Source of the DNA: Podarcis melisellensis
Taxonomy: Eukaryota
Direction: 5' to 3' (one strand)
Assembly: GCA_964234715.1 (NCBI GenBank)
Contig: OZ174275.1
Length of the DNA stretch: 64,000 nt
Shown: one piece after another, positions 48,428-62,110 of the stretch
Numbering within the stretch: the stretch's first letter is position 1
How the letters are laid out: each line of letters opens with the position of its first letter
Notes under the pieces: generated by a model
Database searches by the model: none
What the model saw: the letters and a program-made list of their open reading frames with translations, nothing else
Told to the model about the DNA's origin: nothing
Program-made: the position numbers and the translations under genes

Positions 48428-48618
48428 GTTACAGATAGGTAGCCGTGTTGGTCTGCCATAGTCAAAACAAAAAAAAATTCCTTCCAGTAGCACCTTAAAG
48501 ACCAACTAAGTTAGTTCTTGGTATGAGCTTTCGAAGTGTGCATGCACACGAAAGCTCATACCAAGAACTAACTTAGTTGGTCTTTAAGGTGCTACTGGAA
48601 GGAATTTTTTTTGTTTTG
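48428..48618 (-). mobile_element. Fold-back Penelope-like pLTR insertion (same family as 31762)
   Basis: Same arms in reverse orientation; 12-bp TSD ACTATCTTTACA (48416-48427 and 48619-48630). Confidence 0.8.
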
Positions 48619-48918
48619 ACTATCTTTACAAGTAGAGGTAATGTTTGAGACCCAGGTGGCCATCAAGAGACCCAGGTGGCCATTACTACCAGGGAATATG
48701 AGAGGCTGTGTCACCAATGCCTCCCACTCCAGCAACAAAGAGGATATTGAGAACTCTATTTCCCAGGCTCCCCCAGCAACAATGGAAATTCCCTCTAGCA
48801 TCCAGGCCTTTAAAAATATAGTATCTCTGGCTGAAATCCTCTACCCTACCCTTCCTGACACCATTAGTAATGGTAGGTTTGGGGGGGAAGGGCTGGAGAA
48901 ACCAGGGCTGAAGGGGAA

Positions 48919-49140
48919 CAGTGGATCCTCAGTTGTTGAACGTAATCCATTCCAGAAGACGGTTCGACTTCCGAAACATTCGACAACTGAGGCACAATTG
49001 CAAATTCCTTTTTAAAAATGGAGAAACGCGTCTTGGAAGACTTTCGAAAACGGAAAACGGAAGCATTCACTTCCAGGTTGTCGGCGTTCGGGTTTCGAAT
49101 TGTTCGGCTTCCGAAGCATTCAACAAACGAGGTTCCACTG
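48919..49140. mobile_element. Tigger-like MITE
   Basis: CAGTGGATCCTCAGTTGTTGAA...TTCAACAAACGAGGTTCCACTG|TA. Confidence 0.8.
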
Positions 49141-49366
49141 TACTTCACTGAGCCTTGTCATTCTGAACTCTCTCAAATAATTCTTGGAAAGGACTCCAGT
49201 TTCTGCAAGAAACCAGAGAAACAGGGAACCAATTGCAATGTGGCATGGTTGTGGAGCAGCCCACCTTTCACTGTTTTAACTAATTGTGAAACAAATAGTT
49301 TTCCTACTTTTCTTTATGTGTCACTAATGGGAACGTTATTTTACAGGCAAGTAGGATACATTGCTA

Positions 49367-49712
49367 GGACGGGGGTGGCACTGTGGTCTAAACCACTAAG
49401 TCTCTGGGTTTGCCAATCAGAAGGTTGGCAGTTTGAATCCCCATGACAGGGTGAGCTCCTGTTGTTCAGTCCCAGCTCCTGCCAACCTAGCAGTTCAAAA
49501 ACACACCAGTACAAGTAGATAAATAGGTACCGCTCTGGGAGGAAGGTAAACAGCGTTTCCGTGCACTGTTCTGGTTTTGCCAGAAGCGGCTTAGTCATGC
49601 TGGCCACATGACCTGGAAAAACTGTCTGCAGACAAACATCGGCTCCCTCAGCCAGTAAAGCGAGATGAGCACCACAACCCCAGAGTCATACGTGACTGGA
49701 CTTAACTGTCAG
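49367..49712 (+). mobile_element. Sauria SINE, near full length
   Basis: GGACGGGGGTGGCACTGTGGTCTAAACCAC head; GGCAGTTTGAATCC B-box; CCTGCCAACCTAGCAGTTC core. Confidence 0.9.
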
Positions 49713-50081
49713 AGTCTGAAGGTACATTGCAGGAAGGCAAGATTCAAGGATGTGTAACAAGGTAAGATAATAAATATGAGCATAGTGTTTTCTCTGTTCT
49801 GGCACCTCAAATACACTAGGCATTTGGCTCATTTGACCTTTGCAACACTTCTGTTACTCCAAAGAAGTTTAAATCAGGAAAACAGTATGGATCTGTGCAC
49901 ACTTTATCAGCAACACAGATAATAAACTAGTTGTACATAAGCTCCACTATTCATATTCAGCCCTGTGCTAACCTGACAGAAGTCCAAACCTGAGAAGATT
50001 CTGTTAGACTGAAGTCTGGGAATTAGAGAAGCTAGTGACTTGGAAGTTACATCTGTTGCGACAATCTTTAAGATGCTACTT

Positions 50082-50326
50082 CAGGGGTCAGCAAACTTTT
50101 TCAGCAGGGGGCCGGTCCACTGTCCCTCAGACTTTCTGTGGGGCAGGACTATATTTTGAAGGGGGGGAAATGAACGAATTCCTATGCCCCACAAATAACC
50201 CAGACATGCATTTTAAATAAAAGGACACATTCTACTCATGTAAAAACACGCTGATTCCTGGACCGTCCACAGGCCCGATTTAGAAGGCGATTGGGCCGGA
50301 TCCGGGCCTTAGTTTGCCTACCCATG
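50082..50326. mobile_element. hAT MITE
   Basis: CAGGGGTCAGCAAACT...AGTTTGCCTACCCATG; perfect 8-bp TSD TGCTACTT; partial copy at ~2361-2443. Confidence 0.9.
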
Positions 50327-53313
50327 TGCTACTTAAACACAAAAGCAGAATCCAAACACACAAATGACTTCTAAAAACATATGCCTGAAATTAGCAGAGG
50401 GAAAATGCTGCCCTTGAAGTCATAAATCTGCCCCCTCAGTGAGGTTCTTAATGAGTCTTGGCAAGGCAGGTGCCCTGCTGTCTTGGACATGAAGTTCAGC
50501 ACAAGACTCTGCTTGCAAATACAGCCTAAGACAGGCCTGGCAGTGTGCATACAATGCTGCAATAGGATAGAGCACACATCTGCATTACCCCACTGCTAGG
50601 CAAAATGAAAGGTGGACTATTTATTATTACGACACGTTTAATTATTCACTTCTTTTTAAGTGGTGCTGTGGGAATCAATGCCAACATTCACTTGGAGTTC
50701 TGCAGGTACATTGCTGGTGCCTTCCTGCAACCTGCCCTTTAGTAATACAAAGGAACAAGTGATACCTGGAACAAATTGTTGCAACATGAGATGCTCCTCG
50801 TTAGGGACCTCCAGTCCCACACCTTCTCATTTTCTTTTTCTAGACAATATATTACTTATTTTCTGCATATATAATAATGAACAAACAGAAAATGGAAAAA
50901 TAAACCATGTCCAGGGAGGAATTCCAGTCTACACTCATTTCCACAGTTCCACAGTGAGATTAGTACAAGTCCAGAGGGAAAGAGAATTTGAATGCCCAGT
51001 CCAGCTTAAAACAGATTTTTGCTAATACTTAAGTCCTTCATCCAATGCAAAGCCCTACATAGTTATCTCTGCCTTCACCCTCTCTCCAAGAATCTACAAA
51101 ATGCTGGTACTAATGTCAAATCTCACCCTTCCAGGTCTAGGTTTAACACACACACACGTTAATCAATATTCTCTGCCCACTGAACATGCTGCACACTCCA
51201 AGGACTTTTTGTTTATTTTTTAAAAAAGTGATGGGGAGGAAAATATGCCAAAAGTGTTTTTGTACTTTTGCAAATCTCAAGATACTCCCAGCCTAATGAT
51301 ACCTCCTTCTGTGTGGCTACTGTTGTTCTGGCTACATAAGCAAGTAAAGCAACAGCACTTGCAGTATCAAACTGGGTAAGAATATAGGGAGATAATGATA
51401 ACAGTAAGACATGACTTCCATAAGACACCAGTGGTCAATATCTAGAACAGAACAGTTCTCACAAAATCCTTTCTGAATGGGTTTTTACTAATGTTATGCT
51501 AATGGCATTTAAACTGCAACAAATTGAGGAAGTATTTATGTACAATAGGCCCCCAGCTGGCTCTAATCTCACCATTTATCAAAAGCAAGTAATCAGGAGG
51601 AGATTTGCAAGCTAACTGGATGCAACTACTCATCTCACAGTATTTAATACAACCCTCATTGAACACAAAGATGTGGATACTGATTGGTGGTAGCATTCAC
51701 AATACATGCTGGAAATAATTTGTATTGCTGGAAATAATTCATAAAACGACATCATCAATACTGGACTAATTTTTTAAGTGTTTTCATTCCAATTTATTAA
51801 TGAAGTAAAAGTGTTGTACAGGCTGACTCTCCAGAATGAATGAAAAGCCCAACACTTGACAATTCAATTCAACTTAATCCCCAGGAAATTAGTCCCACGA
51901 CTTTTGTGTCTCCAATATAGTACAGGAGCTCCTCTGTACCAGACATTAAGGTATGCCAGAATACATGCATGTGGTAACTTTTTTCTGAATAGTGCATTAT
52001 GAAGGTTATGTGCCTTTACACAAGGAGATAAAACTTTTCACAAAAAATAGCTAAATTTCATCCAATCTGTGGCTTGATATTTTACAGCACCATCATATTG
52101 TAAACTGCTTTGAGGTTTTTTCTACAATCAAGTGGTATATAAATTTTATGAAATTAAAAAAAAATTAATATCTACTCAGAAGTAGGTTTCATTGAGTTTA
52201 AAATACATGCAGTGATTGTGTAATTTCTGCCAAGTTACCAAGGAGTGGGGGGATATACAAACTAGCAATTTGCACGGGACATTAAACCACAATTAAAATA
52301 AGCTACAGTTTAATGTGAATGAGCAACATGCTGATGCACACTGCTGAAAGCCAAGGCACTTCACTTTCCCCCTAAACTTCCCACACTCCCAGGGAAAGAG
52401 CAATAGTCTGACTTGTCGTGTTTATTTCTCCCAGATAAACTCACAAGAAACAAGTCAAGATGAACCCTTGTCTTCTGCTCATGGTTTGTTTGGAAAGAAC
52501 AGACAGCACAGCTGCAACAGAAGGAGTAGATAAGGAGTCAAGCGCCCAGGATTTTAGCAGCTGTTGCACATTAAACCATAGTTTATTTTAACTATGGTTT
52601 AAGGAAATATGCAAACTGAGTTTTCATGTAGCATTATATGGGCTTTTTAACCTGTATTTCTTTCGTGTGAGACGTGTGTTTTACACTGAGCTCAGGTTCT
52701 GGGCAACAGGTTATTATGAACACTGTGAATTATACCTTTACAACTTGAAAAAGTTTGTACTGGTGTTGAATAACTTGCATGTATCAGCAAGTTCTAGTCA
52801 CCCAGCAATCATATAAATCATATCCTAGCTTATTACTACAGCTCTGGTAGCAAAGCAATGCATTATGTTGTAGCATCATCAAGGGAACAGAATATATTCA
52901 ATTCGTGTCACAGACTACACTGATGCCCTTTGGCAAGGAATTCTGCACATCAGTTAACACAGTGACAAATAGATAAAACAAGGACATCATTTCCAAGGGT
53001 CAGTTGGGTATGTCTGTTGAACAGACTACTATGGCATAATACTGGAAAGGAGAAGGGAGGAAAAGCTCCATTGCAGGGGTATGGAACCTGTGGTCTTTAA
53101 GCTGCTGAACCACAATTCCCAACATCCCTGGCCATTGGACATGCTAGCTGGAGCTGATGGGAGCTGGGGTATGACATCTGGAGGACCACAGATTCCCTCT
53201 CCCCTGTTGTACGGGGATACCACAATGCCAGTATTTGACTGCTGGGGGAAGAGCTCACACTTATATAAGAATTGCAATGAGCTTCATTAGAGCGGTACTC
53301 CCTTCATATAGAG

Positions 53314-53451
53314 CAGCGGTTCTCAACCTGTGGGTTCCCAGATGTTGTTGGACTACAATTCCCATCATCCCTGAGCTCTGGCCTTGCTAGCTAGGGGTGA
53401 TGGGAGTTGTAGTTCAACAACATCTGGGGACCCACAGGATGAGAAAGGCTG
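53314..53451. mobile_element. Palindromic hAT MITE (MER5-like architecture)
   Basis: CAGCGGTTCTCAACCTGTGGG...CCCACAGGATGAGAAAGGCTG; perfect TSD ATATAGAG; decayed relatives at ~4490, 20500, 43490, 53072 and 54637. Confidence 0.9.
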
Positions 53452-53639
53452 ATATAGAGACACAAATGTACCATTCCCCTCCCCCAATGCTTCTAGCGAA
53501 ACATGGAATGTGACATCAGTGGAAAGGAATGTGTAAATACTATTAGTAAGCCTTCAACTTTTTTTTTTTACCCTTTCTATGATACTCCATGTAATTTACT
53601 TTGCTTTGTCCAATTAGGGCTCATTTTATATAGTAATAA

Positions 53640-53778
53640 AAGTAAAGGACCCCTGGATGGGGTGGCAGCGCTCATCTCACTTTCAGGCCAAGGGAGCCAG
53701 CATTTGTCCACAGGCGGCATTCCGGGTCATATAGCCAGCATGACCAAACCGCTTCTGGGGCAGCGGAACACCGTGATG
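53640..53778 (-). mobile_element. Sauria SINE 3' fragment
   Basis: AAAGGACCCCTGGA...GCGCTCATCTCACTTTCAGGCC...GCCAGCATGACCAAACCGCTTCTGG. Confidence 0.75.
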
Positions 53779-55185
53779 GAATATATAGTAATATCTTCAA
53801 CCATTAACAATGATTGTAAGCAATGGGATAGATTAAATCTAAGTTGTTATTTTAATCAATGTCAATTTCTGAGCACATTTTTTTGAAGAGGCCTCAGCAG
53901 CAAAACTGTTACACACCTTTTATCATCAACAGACCCACGCAGGTGCACCAACCAATTCCAATGCATGTCTTGCATCACAGAATGCATACAAAAACAAGCC
54001 CTGCTTGTGTTTAATATTATAGCCCTTAACTGCAAGAACAGGCATGAAACACCCACGTACGAAAGCACAGCCAAGAGCTGCTATTATGCGCTACCACCTG
54101 TAAAATATTGTTGAAACAGTGAGCACTGCATCACAAAATCTGCTCTTTCTCCAACAAAACACCACAGAGGTGCAGATAAGCCAAAAGGTCAATCTTTCCA
54201 ACAGTCAAGGCAACCTAGAATGAAAATTATAATTGTAAGTGCCAGGAATCCCTTTAAAGAAAGGTCTAAATCCCATAGGATGCACACTTACATCAACACA
54301 ATCCACTTCACCAGTACTAAATACTTCCCAGTAGTAATGGCAGAAGTGAGAGTACTGCTGCATCAATGGCTTACTCTTTAAAAGAAAACAAAATTAGAGT
54401 TCTGCATCACTAAAAAGAAGATCTATTGATAGTGGCTTGCAGCTCAGGCAGCTATTGCCCAGACAGCTCATTATTTGGTAAATCAGTCGTCATCATCTTG
54501 CTATTCCAGGTACACTTGGAAAACATCAAGCAATACTGGTGCAAACCTTCCACCTACCCTTGGACCAAGCAAGTTCCATGCCTTCAGAAGCACAAGTCTT
54601 GTCTACTGGGAGGAGAAAGGGCTCACACCTTAGAGCAGCCTTCCCCAACCTGGTGCCCTCCTGTCATTCCTTGCCATGCTCACTGGGGCTAACAGCAGTT
54701 GTTGTGCAAATCATCCAGAGGGCCCTAGGTTGAGAAAGTTGCCTTGGAGACTCAAAATGAGACAGATCACAGCCATCGGTCTCCCACCAAGCATGGGTGC
54801 TTAAAACAGCACTGGTGCTCCTGGTCCAAACTAGCTTTGGAGTAAAAAAATCTGGCCCTACATTCTTTAAATATTGGCACCATTCCCATGTGCACCCTCT
54901 CAGCAACGCCCCTTAACAATGCCATCAATTCACAATTACTGAGCAATAGCAGCACAGATAAGTATTTTGGGTGGTTAAGCTACAGGGGGAAATCCCTCTC
55001 TAAGCTTTTTATCAGTTTTGCCTACATTTGAAAATGGAAAACATAAAATGTTTTATTTTAATTAATTTTATATTCCTTATATCATTTTTCAGCAGATTAT
55101 GAAACAGACTTAGAGCAGGCACATTCAAAGTCTGTTTTGGGGGCCTAATGCGGCCCGCCAGTCAGTTTATTTCCTGGTGTAAAAT

Positions 55186-55385
55186 CAGGTTACAGACTCC
55201 ACTAACCCAGAAATAGCACCTTGGGTTAAGAACTTTGCTTCAGGATGAGAACAGAAATTGTGCTCTTGGCAGCGTAGCAGCAGCAGGAGGCCCCATTAGC
55301 TAAAGTGGTGCTTCAGGTTAAGAACAGTTTCAGGTTAAGAATGGACCTCTGGAACAAATTAAGTTCTTAACCCGAGGTATCACTG
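55186..55385 (+). mobile_element. Tigger-like family A MITE, left end missing
   Basis: Matches ~2081-2259; ends CGAGGTATCACTG|TA. Confidence 0.85.
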
Positions 55386-58300
55386 TAGTATTATCATAAT
55401 GATAAGCAACTGCTCTCTAGAGTTTCAGATCAGAAGAATAATTCCCACCCTTAAGTGGAGATCCCAGTGACTGAACCTGGGATCTTTTGCATGTAAAGCA
55501 TGGGTTTTCCCATCCAGCTACAGTCATACAACTATCATTTATATTAATCAGAAATTAAAGCGGTACACTGTCAGTGATGACAGTTAAGTGATGAGAACAT
55601 TTTTCAAGAACTGGGTATCAAGCATTAATGGAAACATATCAGATCCAAACATGTTTCAATCTACAGCTCTCTTCATTATTCTTAATATCATTAAGGACTT
55701 TTAAGATGAGTGGAAGAAGGATAATTAGCCTCATCAAACCTGAGAAGTAGCCTAGTCAGGTTTGTAGAGTTAGGTTCTTGGTGAGAGGGGGAGTTCTCTT
55801 TAATAGAGAAGTGTATTAAAAATTAGCCTTCTTAATGGTTGTGGCCCACTTTTATTATAGTTTGGTGGGTAGAATTAGATTTCTCAACAAGATCACCGCA
55901 TATACATATATTTCCAGGTAGCATGGGGATTAAATCAAATCTTCACTTAAAGAAAAACTTGTTTTGAAATGGAAACCAAACCACATTTTCCCCAGCATTT
56001 GTGCAGAAATCAAAATGCCTTCACACCCACTGCCTGTCATGTTGAATACAGCTAAATTTGCAGTACTGTAATAGTTTTCCAATTCAGGAAAGCCTTGCAA
56101 CCTGAGATACATGCCGTGTGTGCATGTATGTTTTATATTTCATGTGTTCTTTTGCATGTGTTTTAGTATGATTTTTCTATTATTTTAGCTTGTTCGTTAG
56201 AATCTGTTTGCTTGCTCAATCTCCCCCCCCCCCACTATAACCTGAACCAATGAATTTTGGATTAGATAACTTATGCCACAAAATTTGACCGGGGGAGGGT
56301 GAGTCCACTGATTCTTCTGGACCTTTTACAGCTTCTGATCCCATTGACCATAATAACCTTTCTGGTGCGACTCTCTAGGATGAGACTTGGAGGCACAGTG
56401 TGATAATGGCTACGGTCCCTTTCTGGGGTTAAAAACCCAGAATATGGTGCTGGGAGACTTTTGTTCCATCCCTTGGCCATTGATATTTAGGGTTAATTGG
56501 ACATCTAGCCCTAAAGTTCTGTCTTTGTTCTCATGCTTTTCAACAGGTATGTAAAACCACAGAGAGAAATCAACTGATGGTTTGAGCAGAGGTAGCATTA
56601 ATATGTGGATGAAACACAGCTCTATCTTTCTTTTCCACCATCTAATTCCAGGGACGTAACCCTGAATAGGTGATTTGGGAAGCTCCAGGGTTACATGAGA
56701 TGTTTACAAGATTCACCATTACATAACCCTTTGCTGTCAAAAACTAATGAGTACTTGTAAGCAGTAAGGAACTAGAAAATGTTAAGGAGTAACAATTGGA
56801 TAAAAATGGAAACAAAATGCAGAGAAGATGTAAAGAATCAGTAGAAGGGGGTGGAAGGAAGTCTTGAGGTTTAAAGAACCTCAAAAGAAAGTTTGTAAAA
56901 TAGTAGGATTCCTTATTAGAAGTTCAAATGTTAGATTGTGGTTTGATTTTTGTATCTTTATTTTATTGTTTAATATCTGTGAAAATTAATAAATGAGTAC
57001 CAACGATAGTGAAGAAAGTTAATTCCATGATGCAATTGTAGAGAACTAAAATCATAAGAGCAACCTAGAAGATCCCATAATTAGTACTAATAAATAGCTA
57101 TTGAAATAATTAATTAACAGTATGAACAATCACCACCAAGTTTATTTTTTATCACTTGCAGGTGTCCAATTCGCTAAGGAGTTACTTTTTAAAAAGCAGC
57201 TTTATATCTCAAATAAGAATCAAAATGAAGCCAACAATTTATAAATATGTATCAACTGGGGAATCTTACGTTAACAGAGATTCTTGGGAAGCAAAGTCAC
57301 TGAGTCATATCTCCCTGGAAACATGAAACTAAGAACAATCCAGCACATTTTCATCTGATTATAAGATGATATTTAACACACAATTACCCTTCGTAAAAGA
57401 AAAAATATATCCAGATCTACCAAGAGCCATGGAACATCACATTCAGGTTCCTTTCAAATTGAATTAATTCAACTGATTTAAAAATGACAGACTGAACTAT
57501 TGATATAGAAAATTAGCCAACAAACCCTGTGATAGAATCTCCCCCTACCTAAGATACAAAGGAGCATGGCATTTCCCCCTAGTTGACAGTAGCATAATAT
57601 CAAAAGAAATCCAGCATACACACACATTTACAAAACACTACAAAACTATATACCAAATTTCTAAAGAATTAAAAATAAAACTTCTGAAATGATGTTAATA
57701 GGGGGAAAACCCAAGATATGAATCACCAGTTATATATTCGAAAAATTCAGTACATCCAAGTATATACTGGAGTTAAGTGATAGATGCGTCTATAAACAGG
57801 GGCATGGTGCAATAGCTAAATAACACCCAAAAAGTACTTTGCTGACATACCAAAAGTAATCCCAACTTTCACTAGAAATAGTTTAGAGGTGGTGGTAAGA
57901 AAATAGTTGTTAGACAAGCGATCAACCTGCAGGATTTACGTTTTTTAAAGCAGCACTGGAGCTTTTTCTGCATCCCAGTGGGGTATCCTGAATGTCCTGT
58001 AAGCAGTGAATATTAAGCAGCAAGTCCCTTGGTGTAAAGCCTATACTATTGCTATGGAGAAATCTGTGCCCCTTTCTCTCATTGAAGAGACATACTATGG
58101 TTGTATAAATGAGGATGGATACAAAAGAAATTCAAGGGGGACACAATCCTCTCTCTCTCTCCCTCTTTCAGAGTTTATAGGTTGTCCAAAACAATGGCTG
58201 TCTTCCAGCTTTTCAATTTGTCCTTCTCCATGTACTGTACAAAAAAATGAATCCCTAGTTGAACATACAGAATAGTAAGAAGAGAATAAAGATAAGATCC

Positions 58301-58841
58301 AACATGTTTCAAAATAAAAATAATAATTATTCTTGATACAACCTAGTTAAGATATTAGTGGTATACATCAGATACAAAGTAGGCTCATAAACTGTTTGAA
58401 AGTGGGGTTGTTGCTTTTAAGTAACAGTCTTGGTTTTAACAAAACATTTTAAATAAATGCTCTAGTATTTCACTATAATACATTTGACCATTACGTGGGA
58501 GGTCCAGTCATACTCCCCTAGATTCTATCTAGGGAAGGGATGGGAAATTGTAGCCCTCCACATGTTTTCACACTAAAATTTACATAATCTCTGACAATCT
58601 GCCAAAAGTATCTAGAGAGCCACAGGTTCACCAATCCATTCTGGATCCTATGTAAGAGATTCTGCAACCCTGCTCTTCCCCAAAGCTCTGCATCCAAGTT
58701 GGGAGGGTATCTCTTTCCACATATGCAGAGCTGTGTATAGGGCTGGGATAGCAGAAGAAGTGCCACGTGCTATTTCAATTCATACTATATGTCTTTAACC
58801 CAAATTCAAATCTACAACTGCTAGTACAAATGTCTACATAC

Positions 58842-58931
58842 CACAGCTGTCAATGTTTCTCTTTTTTTAAGGGAAATTCCCTTATTCCAAATAGGATTCC
58901 TCGCAAGAAAAGGGAAAAGTTGACAGCTATG
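58842..58931 (-). mobile_element. 90-bp hAT-type MITE (reverse copy of 24400-24489)
   Basis: CACAGCTGTCAA...TTGACAGCTATG; perfect TSD CTACATAC. Confidence 0.9.
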
Positions 58932-60999
58932 CTACATACCAAGCTCAAACCTAACACCACCACAGAAGTAAAATTCATTGAACCACCAATATCACCAACA
59001 TTTCAAACAAAAGATACAGCTATTACCTACTTAGTACTTTGTTCAGCCGCTTAGGTAAACTGACCCAAAGTAAACCCAACCTCTATTGTAAGCTGACTTG
59101 AAGGAGTTTACTCTCAAAGGCAGCATAAGAGACAAGATGCTTCAACAAAAATTTGAATACTATCTAAATGACATTATACTGCATTATGCAAAAACTGGTT
59201 AAAACAAGAAGGCAAACTATAAACACAGCAAAACACAATTGGGTATAAGAACAGACATGTTCAGGCAAGCACAATTTGATGAGTAACTGAAAACTTAAGG
59301 CTGCTGGTTGCAGGCAACCAATATTTAACACACATACAAATGTATAAGTGCTCATGGACCTTGTACACAACAAACAAATGATCAGGAAAAGTGATTCCTG
59401 GATATTCTTCAACTGCTTCCTTCCCCCAACAGGTGATCATTTACTATGCAGAGGGAAAAGAAAGACTCCTCAAACAGAATAGTGTGTGCACAAGGCTCTT
59501 GCTGGTTGACCATCACTGTACTCGTTTCTTCAAAATACTTTAAAAATATAGTAAAGTTGGACCTGGTTAACCTCTGGACAGTTAGCCAGAAGGACAACTT
59601 AGGAAATGGAGGTAGCGAAATATAAATGCAATGAAAACCTTTTGCAATAAATACTATTGTCAGAAACTTAAGATTCCACTTTCCCTTATGCCTCAAAGGC
59701 AGAACAAGGAGCTGTACTGTTGAACTGCACTGCTCAAAAATAAACTGCTATACTCCCCACTCTATATGAAATTGGAGACACCTACTGCACAACCAACAAG
59801 AAGCACCAAAAGAAAATCCTTTATGAAGCTTGTTTACAATTTAAATCCGTAAAAGTGAACATGCACCACATGTAATGTGCACAGCAGTGGAAAAGAGGAG
59901 GTTCCAGGTCAGTTTCATCATGAAAGGCGAAATTTAAAGAGGAAGGACCAATATTCATTCATCCAGACAGACAAACTGGGAATCTAATGAAACCTGACAC
60001 CTCTAAAGGAAAATTGTAACACTGCAAGGACCCACACTTAGCAGAATCACCAAAAACCCAAGAATCAGTAGTCAGATTTTTAAATCATCCTGGACAAAAT
60101 GAATTCAGGAAAAAAGTATGGATTTGTAGCAGAAAAAAATGAACAGCAGCAGTCAAGGTTAGACAAGGAGAATTTCCTACTAAAAGCATTTTCTGTTCTA
60201 TACCCCCCCCCAATGCAGACAAGTGCACTCCTCAGCAATAAACATAATCCATGATTATCCAATAGATATGCATACATTAATTTTAAAACCATACCATGTG
60301 GCAGAACTGTTACTAAAAATATAACATTTAGAACATAAAATAAAATGTAGTTTTACTTCACTTATAATCCATTTTGTTGGCAACCATCCGCCTCGGGAGA
60401 CAATGGAAAAGTGTGTCTATTTTTATTTTAGAAACAAACCTGTTCAAAGCTACCTGTTCTACAAGATCCAGTTTTAAAGCATTCCCTATTCACTTATCTG
60501 AACTACCGGGAAAGAAACTACATTTCATTCTTCCACTCCCTTTCCCACACTATAAACATTCAGATTATCCCCAACGGCATTACCTTTGAATTAGCTAATA
60601 ATTATCACAGTGTCCAAACTGGTTCAGAAGAAAATAACTACAGCAAAGCTGACAACTAAAACTGCTGACTCTTTTGACCCATTCCCCCAACCACCCAAAA
60701 AAAGGATGGAGGAACACAGAGGATGAAAACCTTTCCACAGCAACCGCCTGTCGGTTCTACCCAGAGGAAAAATAATCAACTTGGTCAAGAGGTTTGGGGA
60801 GAAATACGAGTCCTCTTCTCCCTTCCGCACTCTCTCTCTCTCTCTCTTTTTGGGAGGGGGGGGAGGTGGAAAAGAGATGAATCCAATTAGTACCAGAAGG
60901 CGGGGCGGGGGGGGGAGAGAGAGAAGGAAAGCCAAGTGAATGCCGCTGCTTCTTTTTTTCCCCTTGTTTAAACTGGGGGCAGGGTGAGCAAGTCAGCTC

Positions 61000-62110
61000 C
61001 GAATCTCGCTGGTCAGTTGCAGGCGAAGCTCGCAGACTTTCCGTGCAGCTCATTTCTCGGGGATATAGGAAATATTTGGGCAGGGGGCGCTGAAAAGAGA
61101 GTCTTTCTCTCTCCAATGAATCGAAGGAGGGGGGGGAGGATAAGCTCTCGGTTTAATGAATTGGGGGACAGAGGGGGCGACCATCATGCAGCAGCAGGAC
61201 TTTGGCAAGGTGCGGGGTGGGAATCAATAGCACAGAAAACTCAAGGTCTCGGGAGTCAAAGGGAAGGGGGAAGGGAAGGGGAAAGGCGCTTTAGGAGCAG
61301 AGGTTTTCGGAGAAGTGGGATTAGAGCGGGGAAAGAGGGGGCGTGTTGCCTCCACCCGTTTCATTCAGGTTTTCAGCTCCCTCCCGCTGCGACTACCAGA
61401 GTCATTTGGGGGGGGGCTTGGGTTGGAGGACGGGGGGGGGGTCCTGGTTTGTGTGTCGCCGCTGCCCCGTCAGTATGCGGAGGAGACTAGAAATATGTAC
61501 TGTATGTGTGCATGCATATTTGTGTGTGCGCGCGCGCGTGTCTTCGTCAGGTTCAGCCGCACTCGGGGGCAGCAGAGGAAGGTGGGGTGGGGGGGGAAGA
61601 GGGGGGGTCTGAAGTCGTCCCCCCCGCTGCCCAGCCCAGCCTCCCTCAGCTACCTGCCTCCCTGCTTCCCTCCCCAGAACTCACCCAACAAAGTTGCTGC
61701 TGCTTCTGCGTGAGCCGCTGCTCGCTCCCTCTCCAGCGCCCGGGATGAGCTCACCCAGCAAGCTTGCCTCGCTCCGCCTGCTTAGCAGTCCAACTCTCGC
61801 GAGAAGCCGCGTGGCTGCGGCCATCGCCGCGCGCCGCGCTAAAGAGGGGGACCCGAGCAGCCGCGGCAGTTACTATGGCAACTGCCAAGCGCCGGGCCTA
61901 GCGGTGGACCGCCAAGCCTTGCGAGCCCAGGCAAAGGAAAGGGGGAAAGGGAGCTCGGCTCCGGAGGGTGTTGTCGCTGCGGTAGCCTGTCCTCCGCAGC
62001 GGCTCTGAAAGTCGAGGCACGCTTCGCGCCCTTGCAGTTGCAGTAGCGGCTCGACGGACGAAGCCGGGGGAAAGGCGCCCCCAGCAGCTTCTTCCCGGTT
62101 CGCGTCTACG
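61000..62110 (-). promoter_or_regulatory. CpG island promoter and probable first exon of a minus-strand gene (donor after 61685)
   Basis: High GC and CpG density in non-repeat DNA; TCTCGCGAGA at 61795-61804; X-box GTTACTATGGCAAC at 61869-61882; minus-strand donor TGG|GTGAGT at 61685/61684. Confidence 0.8.

Noticed and set aside
13522-61800. Identity of the host gene
   Set aside because: Only putative non-coding exons are visible; I cannot assign a symbol without a homology search.
60757-62008. Overlapping ORFs in the CpG island
   Set aside because: Expected from stop-codon scarcity in GC-rich DNA; no domain similarity recognised.
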